Made by a program: the position numbers and the translations under genes. 64,000 bases of DNA, taken from NCBI GenBank assembly GCA_041484665.1, contig JBGPIA010000011.1, positions 32,001-96,000 on the forward strand, read 5' to 3'. Below, piece by piece: positions 57,343-64,000 of the stretch. Within the stretch, counting starts at the first letter, position 1, and every line of letters starts with the position of its first letter. This DNA comes from Candidatus Krumholzibacteriia bacterium (GTDB lineage: Bacteria; Krumholzibacteriota; Krumholzibacteriia; JAJRXK01). The notes below the pieces were generated by a model. The model had not been told where the DNA came from. It saw nothing but the letters and a program-made list of their open reading frames with translations, and did no database searches.

Positions 57343-58041
57343 TCAGACGAGCGGGAGCGCGAGCCGGTCGAGCACGCGCGTCATCAGCCCGGCGCTGGCC
57401 GAGAACCGATCCGGCCGGGCGAGCATCTCATCAGCGGGCTGCACCCATGGGCCGGAGGCGAGATCGTCCTGCCCGTGCTCGAGCATGGCCCGCACACCGT
57501 CCGCGGTCGTCTCGAGGTGGAACTGCAGCCCAACGACGCGGTCTGCGAGCGCGAACGCCTGATGGGCGCAGGCAGCGCTGCTCGCCAGATGCACGGCGCC
57601 CACGGGCAGCTCGAACGTCTCGCCGTGCCAGTGGAACGGCTCGAACCGGGGTGGCAGCACCCCGGCGAGGGGATGGCGGTCCGGATTGGCCGCGCGTTCG
57701 GCCGCAAACCAGCCGATCTCGCGCTCGCCGTTACGGAAGACGCGCGCGCCCGCGGTCGCGGCCAACAGTTGAGCGCCGAGGCAGATCCCCAGGACAGTCT
57801 TGCCGCGCTCGACGGCCTGGGCGATGAAGCGCTTCTCGCCGCGCAGCCAGGGCAGCGTCGTTTCGTCGTTGGCGCTCATCGGTCCGCCCATGATGATCAG
57901 CCAGTCCACTGCGGCGGGATCGGTCAGGCGGACATCGCGCCAGAAATCGGTCGTTGTGACCCGGGCGCCGCGGGCGGCGAGCCAATCCCCGATGCTTCCG
58001 GGCCCTTCGAAGGGGACGTGCTGCAGGATGTTGACGTGCAT
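57343..58041 (-). CDS. Type 1 glutamine amidotransferase
   Basis: Start 58041 MHVNILQHVPFEGPG; GGPMS, GICLGAQL (Cys), HWHGETF, QFHLE (His-Glu). Confidence 0.94.
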   Translation of the reverse strand: MHVNILQHVPFEGPGSIGDWLAARGARVTTTDFWRDVRLTDPAAVDWLIIMGGPMSANDETTLPWLRGEKRFIAQAVERGKTVLGICLGAQLLAATAGARVFRNGEREIGWFAAERAANPDRHPLAGVLPPRFEPFHWHGETFELPVGAVHLASSAACAHQAFALADRVVGLQFHLETTADGVRAMLEHGQDDLASGPWVQPADEMLARPDRFSASAGLMTRVLDRLALPLV

Positions 58042-59537
58042 CAGTCCACCGTGCGGTTCGACCGGTCCGAGCGAGTCGACCGGTCCGCTGGGTCCGCCGG
58101 GCGCGAGGGGCCGCCGGGACGTCCCGTGGAGCGCCTCGTCCCGCCAGCGCCCTGCGCCCAGCGCACCAGCAGCAGCAACGGCCAGCCTGCCAGGAGCAAC
58201 GCCATGCCGATCAGCGCGAGCCGCGTCTCGTGCACGAGCACGTGCAGCGCGACTGCCAGCAGGCAGGCCATGAACAGGAGCGGCAGCACCGGAAAGCCGG
58301 GCATGCGAAAGACGGTCCCGCCGCCCGTGTCTGGGTGCGGATCGCCGCCCGCGGTGTCCCCACGCTCCGCCCGCCGCCGCAACACGAACACCGTCGAGGC
58401 CACCACGACCAGCGTGAGCGCGTCGGTGAACATGACGTAGCTCAGCAGCTTCTCGAACGACCCGATCATCAGGGCCGGCAAGAGCATCGTGGCTCCGAAG
58501 AACACCAGGCCGAACTCCTGCACCTGCGTGCGCGGATTGACCCGCTGGAAGATCCCGGGCACGGCCCGGTCCCGCGCCATGGCGTAGTAGCTGCGCGGCA
58601 CCTGCAGGATCGTGGCGTTCACGAAGCCGGCGGCCGAGACGAAGATCGCCAGCGAGACGATCGCCCCCCCGGCTTGTCCCAGGCAGGCGCGCGCGAGCTC
58701 GGCCGCCACGAGGTCGGAGCGCGCCACGCCACCCGTGCCGAGCACGCGCTGATAGGCCGTATTGATGAAGAGATAGAGGGCCGTGACGATGAGCATTCCA
58801 GCGGCGACGGCCAGCGGCAGGTTGCGCCGCGCGCGGCGCACGTCGCCGCCGATGTTCATGGCGTTCTGGTAGCCGCCGTACGCGTAGAAGACCGCGACGG
58901 CCGCTGCAGTGAGAGCGGCCCACGAGTTCCCTCCGGTCGCGGTCGACGACCCGGCGATGGCGGGGGGCGCTCCCACGCGGCGGCCCAGCAGCAGCGCCGC
59001 GGCGCCCAGCGCCAGCAGCATGGCGATCTTCAGCAGCGAGAGGACATTCTGCGTGCGAGCCCCGGCGCGGATCCCCAGCAGGTTGAGCACGAGCAGGATC
59101 ACCATCAGCCCCACCGCGCACGCGACCACACCGCTGTGGGAATGCTGCGCCGAGGGCGCCAGCAGGGGCGTGAGGTACTCCGCTCCGATGAACGCCACTC
59201 CGGCCGCTCCTGCGCCCTGCATGAGCGCCTGTGCCCAGTTGAGCATGAAGGCCAGCACGGGGTGATAGCAGTCGGCGACCACCTTGTAGTAGCCGCCGGG
59301 ACGGGGAAAGCGCGAGCCGATTTCCATGAAGGTCAACGCGCCGATCAGGCTGATCAGCCCGCCTGCGGTCCAGGCGGCGAAGAAGAGGAACGTCGTGCCC
59401 GTGCGCGCGGCGACGATGGCGGGAGTGCGAAAGATACCGATCCCGATGACCAGGCTCACGACGACCATCGAGGTGTCGAAGGCGGAGAGTGTGGGCTCGA
59501 TGCGGCCGCCGGGCGGCACAGGATCGCTTGCCGTCAT
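58041..59537 (-). CDS. APC-family amino acid permease
   Basis: VIGIGIFRTP, EIGSRFPRPGGYY, YAYGGY, RSYYAMARD; about 12 TM helices. Confidence 0.92.
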   Translation of the reverse strand: MTASDPVPPGGRIEPTLSAFDTSMVVVSLVIGIGIFRTPAIVAARTGTTFLFFAAWTAGGLISLIGALTFMEIGSRFPRPGGYYKVVADCYHPVLAFMLNWAQALMQGAGAAGVAFIGAEYLTPLLAPSAQHSHSGVVACAVGLMVILLVLNLLGIRAGARTQNVLSLLKIAMLLALGAAALLLGRRVGAPPAIAGSSTATGGNSWAALTAAAVAVFYAYGGYQNAMNIGGDVRRARRNLPLAVAAGMLIVTALYLFINTAYQRVLGTGGVARSDLVAAELARACLGQAGGAIVSLAIFVSAAGFVNATILQVPRSYYAMARDRAVPGIFQRVNPRTQVQEFGLVFFGATMLLPALMIGSFEKLLSYVMFTDALTLVVVASTVFVLRRRAERGDTAGGDPHPDTGGGTVFRMPGFPVLPLLFMACLLAVALHVLVHETRLALIGMALLLAGWPLLLLVRWAQGAGGTRRSTGRPGGPSRPADPADRSTRSDRSNRTVD

Positions 59538-59637
59538 GGCGCAGGTTACCCTAGCGCAAGCCCCGGGCGCAGGCCAGCGCCGGAGCGTGGGCGGCGGTTC
59601 GCGGTGCGTCAGAAGGCCGGTGGTGGCGTGCGGACGA

Positions 59638-60810
59638 TCAGAACGCGGCCGTGGCTCCCGCCGTGGCGTCGAGGCGGATTCCGGAGAATCCCACGAGCTT
59701 GCGCCGCTGCTCGTCCCACAGCGCCAGCGGGATGGTCCGCAGCGCGCCGCGCAGGCTCAGCACGGCTCCGGGCCGCAGCTGTGGGTTCTCGCGATGGCAG
59801 CGTGGGAGGTTGTAGTTGGCGATCCGGGAGTCGAGGTGGTGGATGTGATGGAACCCGATGTTCCCTGTGAACCACCGCAGGATCGGGGGCAGATCGTAGT
59901 AGGCGCTGCCCTCCAGCGCGGCCACTGTCGGATTCCATTCCTCGCCGCGTGCCCAATAGACGTTCTCGAACTGGTGCTGGATGTAGAAGAGCCACGTGCC
60001 CAGGCTCGCCGCCAGGATCGTGATCGGCGCCTGGATCATCAGGAAATGACGCAGCCCGATCAGGAGCGCCATCGCCGCGCCCGTGGCGAGGATCGCGGCG
60101 TCGGTCCAATAGACCGACGCGCGCTCGCGTTTCCAGGTGCTGGAGTACGCCTGCGGAAAGCGGTACAGCACCACGAACAGGAGCGTCGGTCCCAGGAAGA
60201 ACATCACGGCGGGGTGGCGGTAGAGCCGGTAGCGGAGGCGTCCCCAGCGGCCGAGCTGGAGATACTCGGCCACCGTGAGGGTCCAGATGTCGCCGATGCC
60301 ACGCTGCGCGAGATTCCCAGCCGAGGCGTGGTGGACGGCGTGGGAACGCCGCCAATAGAGGTAGGGCGTGAGCGCGAGCACTCCGCACAAGAAGCCCAGC
60401 GCGTCGTTGGCCCGGCGTGATCGGAAGAACGATCCGTGCCCGCAGTCATGCTGGATGATGAACACGCGCACGAGCATTCCCGCCGCCACCGGCGCGAGCA
60501 GCAGCGTCAGCCAGTAGCCGACGTGCAGGCTGAGCACCATCAGGCACCAGACGGCCGCCAGCGGGAGGAAGGACGTGCAGATCTGCCAGATGCTCTTGCG
60601 CAGATCGGGGGTCCGATAGCTGGCGAGCGGCACGGAGGCGGACGCGGCCCTGGGCACGCGCTGGCGATGGGCGATGGTCAGGATGTCGAGGCTCCCGGCA
60701 GAAATGGATCGCCCGGCGCTGGTCCCCCCGGGAGCCACCCTCGCGCAGGGGAGCGGGAGGGCCGGAAAGCCGGGGAGCAGCGGCAAGCAGCAGGCTCTGA
60801 GCGCGGGCAA
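59638..60810 (-). CDS. Membrane fatty acid desaturase
   Basis: His boxes HDCGH, HAVHH and HHIHH; FYIQHQFE; true start uncertain and probably downstream of 60810. Confidence 0.9.
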   Translation of the reverse strand: MPALRACCLPLLPGFPALPLPCARVAPGGTSAGRSISAGSLDILTIAHRQRVPRAASASVPLASYRTPDLRKSIWQICTSFLPLAAVWCLMVLSLHVGYWLTLLLAPVAAGMLVRVFIIQHDCGHGSFFRSRRANDALGFLCGVLALTPYLYWRRSHAVHHASAGNLAQRGIGDIWTLTVAEYLQLGRWGRLRYRLYRHPAVMFFLGPTLLFVVLYRFPQAYSSTWKRERASVYWTDAAILATGAAMALLIGLRHFLMIQAPITILAASLGTWLFYIQHQFENVYWARGEEWNPTVAALEGSAYYDLPPILRWFTGNIGFHHIHHLDSRIANYNLPRCHRENPQLRPGAVLSLRGALRTIPLALWDEQRRKLVGFSGIRLDATAGATAAF

Positions 60811-60993
60811 GATAACCTAGAATGACAGAAACTGCACGAAATTGGACCCCCGCCCGCGCCGGCCGAAGCGGCGTGCTGCGGACGGTCGCGCCTGCCCGTG
60901 GGGCCGCGCGCTCGAGCGGGCCAGTCTCGCCGGCCTGTTGGGCCGGGCCATCCCCTCGATCGCACGGTTCGTGTGTGGCTGGGCATTCCCCGC

Positions 60994-61200
60994 TCAATGC
61001 ACAGGGCGTACCACCCGGCAGGGGTTCCCCACGGCCAGCACGCCCGCTGGGATGTCCTGCACGACCACGCTGACTGCACCGATCGTCGTGCCCGAGCCGA
61101 TCGTAATGCCGGGTCAGACGATAACCCCACCGCCGATCCAGACGTCGTCTCCGATCGTCACCGGCGAGACCGGCTCGCGGCCGCTGGCACGCTCGCGCGG
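60994..61200 (-). pseudogene. Remnant of a maltose/sugar O-acetyltransferase (hexapeptide repeat)
   Basis: Hand translation: [67 protein letters not shown]-terminal half absent. Confidence 0.85.
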
Positions 61201-61320
61201 CGAAGCGGACCGTGGTTCCCCCACCGACGATCAGCGCGAGCGCGCCGCGCCGCACGCGGCTCAAGCGGGCCGCCCCGCGCATTGACCCTCCGCTGTGGAT
61301 GCGGCAAGCTCGGGTGCGTC

Positions 61321-62550
61321 ATGGAGTTCGACATCTTCTTCTCGATCAGCCAGACGCCCGTCAGGGGATTCACGCCCGACGAAGCCACCATGTTCCGCAA
61401 TTTTTTCGCGCAGGTCGAGGCTGCGGACGCTCTGGGTTTCGGCGTGGCCTGGATTGCGGAGTCGCATTACTCCAGCGAGGTGCAGAAGCTGCACCGCAAA
61501 CCGGTGATCCCCCATTGGCAGGGGGAGGTCGGCCTGAATGTGGATTTCCTGCAGCTTTCCCACCATATCTTCCAGCGCACGCGGCGCATCGAGACCGGCT
61601 CGGCGGTGATGAACATCGTGTGCAACGGCGGCCCGCTGGCCGCGGCCGAGCGCGTAGCGGCATTCCTCGCGCTGCACGGGCTGAATCCGCAGGAGCACCG
61701 GCGTATCCACGTCGGGTTCTCGGCCGGGCGCTTCGACTTCATGAACCGTGTCACCGGCGTCGACGCGCGTGACCGGATCGAGGAGGCCGCCTGGCCGGTG
61801 GTGAAGGGCAGGATCTTCGCCGAGGCGGCTGAGATCTTCGTCCGGCTGCTGCGTGGTGAGACGCTGTCCAGCGACGACGTGCGCGCTCCGGTGCTGGCGC
61901 GCGCCGAGTTCCGCACCGACCCCGACTGGCAGCGCCTGCGCGAGCTGGCGGGCGCGGCCGCGCGCGACAGCATCCCCATGGCGCGGCGCTGGGTATTCGA
62001 GCCCGTGAAGATCGTCCCGCAGCAATGGCGGCGCGATCTGCTGCAGCTGGTCGCTGGCTCGCACGATCCGCAGGTGCAGGAGGACCTCAACCAGTTCCTC
62101 CCCGTACAGGTCTTCAATCTGTCGATCACCCCTGCGGAGGTGATCGAGGATACACACCGGCGCATGTCCAGGGCCTATCATCTTTCGGGCGGACCGTGGC
62201 GGCGCAGCTACATGCCGCGCACGGTGTTCGTGTTCGTGAACGAGGAAGCGGGGCTGACGCCGCAGGGCCGTCGTGAGGCGGCGCGCGACGAGGCGCGCGC
62301 GGCGCTGGGCGCGTACTGGACGGCGCTGGAGGGGACGCTCGATCCCAAGAAGGTCGAGGGCGCGGCCGACAACGCCCTGATCGGCAACGCGCAGGACCTC
62401 GTCGAGCAGATCGTGGCCCGCTTCCACGCCGAGGATCGTCTCATGCTGTGGTTCGATTTCTTCAACCACGACAACGCGCGCGTGATCCGCAACATGCAGG
62501 TCTTCATGGAGCAGGTGGCCCCCCGCGTCCGGGGCGCGGTGCGGGCGTAG
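61321..62550 (+). CDS. LLM-class (luciferase-like) flavin-dependent oxidoreductase
   Basis: MEFDIFFSI; AADALGFGVAWIAESH; TRRIETGSAV; LIGNAQDLVEQI; FMEQVAP. Confidence 0.88.
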   Translation: MEFDIFFSISQTPVRGFTPDEATMFRNFFAQVEAADALGFGVAWIAESHYSSEVQKLHRKPVIPHWQGEVGLNVDFLQLSHHIFQRTRRIETGSAVMNIVCNGGPLAAAERVAAFLALHGLNPQEHRRIHVGFSAGRFDFMNRVTGVDARDRIEEAAWPVVKGRIFAEAAEIFVRLLRGETLSSDDVRAPVLARAEFRTDPDWQRLRELAGAAARDSIPMARRWVFEPVKIVPQQWRRDLLQLVAGSHDPQVQEDLNQFLPVQVFNLSITPAEVIEDTHRRMSRAYHLSGGPWRRSYMPRTVFVFVNEEAGLTPQGRREAARDEARAALGAYWTALEGTLDPKKVEGAADNALIGNAQDLVEQIVARFHAEDRLMLWFDFFNHDNARVIRNMQVFMEQVAPRVRGAVRA

Positions 62551-63041
62551 GCGACCCGCGCTTCTGGCGCATCGAGTCGCCGACGCCACGCGACCATATC
62601 CATCACTTCAGGCTGACCGATGCCATGCAACTCGATGCGTGGCTGGCGAAGCTCGTGCGGGAGGCCAACGCTGGGGTTGCAACAGGGTCCTCAGGGAGAC
62701 GAACTGCGCTCCCCAACACAGAAAGCGCCGGCGGCTCGGCGCGGCCGCCCCAGGCGGTCGTGATCGACCTCGAGCGTATCCCGTCGGCTGGCCGTGACGT
62801 GGCGCTGTGGTTGCGTTATCAGCGGGGCACGCGCTCGGTGCCGATCGTGTTCGTGGACGGCGAGCCCGAAAAGCTGGCGCGGTCGCAGGCCGACCTGCAC
62901 CGGCGCTTCGCCGGGGCCGCGCGCTCGCTGGTGGAGGGCGGGGCGCTCTGGATCCCGTGGCGCAAGCAGGCCTCAGGCGCCGGCGCCGATCTCACCCAGG
63001 CCGCCGTCCGTGCCTTCGGACTGGCGGCCGGACGCGACTGA
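62551..63041 (+). pseudogene. Mosaic of decayed gene fragments (DUF5655-like tail, receiver-like part, DUF3052-like part)
   Basis: One frame without a proper start: HIHHFRLTDAMQLD, then VVIDLERIPSAGRDVALWLR...VPIVFVDG, then GALWIPWRKQASG.DLTQAAVRAFGLAAG*. Confidence 0.55.
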
Positions 63042-63130
63042 GACCCCCGCCGGCCGCGCAGCGCCCGCTTGTCGCGCTCCCGCGACGGCCAGGGCGAGCT
63101 GGCACAAGCGACCGAGGAGGAACAGCGTCC

Positions 63131-63565
63131 GTGACCGAGCCTGTGGTCTGGACCTTCTTCTATGGGTCCTACATGAACCTGGACGTCCTGCGGGACACCG
63201 GCCTGGTTCCGCAGGAGTGGGAGGTGGCGCAGCTGGGCGGGTTCGACCTGCGCATCGCGCCCCGCGCCAACCTGGTCGCCTCCAACGTGGGGTGGGTCTT
63301 CGGAATCGTTGCCACCGCCACCCACCCCGAGCTGGAGCGCCTCTATGCCCACGCCCGCGACGTCCTGCGCGAGATCTACGTGCCGCATCCTGTTCTCGTG
63401 ACCGCCCGTAGTGGGAGGTGGCGGCCGGCTCTGTGCTACATCGCGCCGGCCATGGAGCCCCGGCCTGCCGAGCGCGACTACGTGGAGCGCATCCTCCGGC
63501 CGGCGCGGGAGCTCGGCTTCCCATGGTGGTATGTGCGGCAGATCGAGGGCTTCATCCCACAGTAG
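63131..63565 (+). CDS. Gamma-glutamylcyclotransferase (AIG2-like) family protein
   Basis: GTG after GAGGAGG; FFYGSYMN; YVERILRPARELGFPWWY. Confidence 0.82.
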   Translation: MTEPVVWTFFYGSYMNLDVLRDTGLVPQEWEVAQLGGFDLRIAPRANLVASNVGWVFGIVATATHPELERLYAHARDVLREIYVPHPVLVTARSGRWRPALCYIAPAMEPRPAERDYVERILRPARELGFPWWYVRQIEGFIPQ

Positions 63566-63669
63566 TCGCGCGGAGGCGGCCTGGGGAGGCGAGTCGTCGC
63601 TGGAAACGGCCGTCCCGGCTGCCTGCACGACTGCCCCGTCCCGAACCGTCCGCGCGAGGAGCGACGACC

Positions 63670-64000
63670 ATGGACCATCAGGAGCAGATCCAGGCCCTGC
63701 AGCGCGGTGGCCAGTCCATTCTCGCGCTGCTCGATGGGCACCCCATCGAGCAGGTGCGCTGGAAGCCAGCGCCACAGAAGTGGTCGTTGCTGGAGATCCT
63801 CAATCATTTGTGCGACGAGGAGCGCGACGACTTCCGCAAGCGGATCGCGCTCGTGCTCGAGGATCCCGCGCAGCCGTGGCCGCCCATCGATCCGGAAGGC
63901 TGGGCCCGCGACCGCGACTACAACAGCCGCGACCTGCAAGCGTCGCTCGCGGGCTTCCGCCGGGAGCGCGCGGCGTCGCTGCAGTGGCTCGTGGGGCTGC
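63670..64000 (+). CDS. DinB-family protein (3' end runs off the window)
   Basis: Hand translation: MDHQ...WKPAPQKWSLLEILNHLCDEERDDF...WARDRDYN...FRRERAASLQWL. Confidence 0.85.
   Translation, partial: MDHQEQIQALQRGGQSILALLDGHPIEQVRWKPAPQKWSLLEILNHLCDEERDDFRKRIALVLEDPAQPWPPIDPEGWARDRDYNSRDLQASLAGFRRERAASLQWLVGL

Noticed and set aside
61114..61116. Selenocysteine codon
   Set aside because: The gene lacks its 5' half and has an upstream in-frame stop; the position is not a known catalytic Cys; no SECIS recognised
11561..62550. Long N-terminal extensions in the ORF track (starts 13000, 14052, 17711, 19903, 23859, 32724, 42626, 42826, 42949, 50655, 57021, 59121, 60898)
   Set aside because: Downstream starts fit the RBS, signal peptides and family N-termini better; these are not fusions

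Overview
Very GC-rich bacterial chromosomal segment with about 45 genes and no CRISPR array, rRNA, intact tRNA, integrase or transposase. Five secreted proteins end in FlgD-Ig/T9SS-like C-terminal domains and one ends in a short SWGxVKxLYR tail; this suggests an FCB-group candidate lineage such as Krumholzibacteriota, Latescibacterota or Eisenbacteria (inference only). Contents: (1) two tandem pairs of large modular secreted proteins. (2) A TrmB regulator followed by a translationally coupled module of an exported TPR-CHAT caspase-like protease and an ECF sigma factor, then a membrane anti-sigma factor and a DUF5916 outer-membrane protein with an ECF-type promoter; this is the best candidate for an undescribed system. 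(3) Amino-acid catabolism and housekeeping genes: proline dehydrogenase, FTCD, tryptophan dioxygenase, RsmB-family methyltransferase, APC permease, GATase, PhzF, desaturase, LLM oxidoreductase. (4) An OmpR-type two-component system whose probable operator (TTTAC-N6-TTGAC) occurs three times. (5) Two toxin-antitoxin pairs that look leaderless. (6) Mobile-DNA scars: a tRNA-Asn 3' half and two solitary attC-like sites bounding single cassettes. (7) Several pseudogene fragments. All assignments come from reading motifs by eye; no database searches were run.
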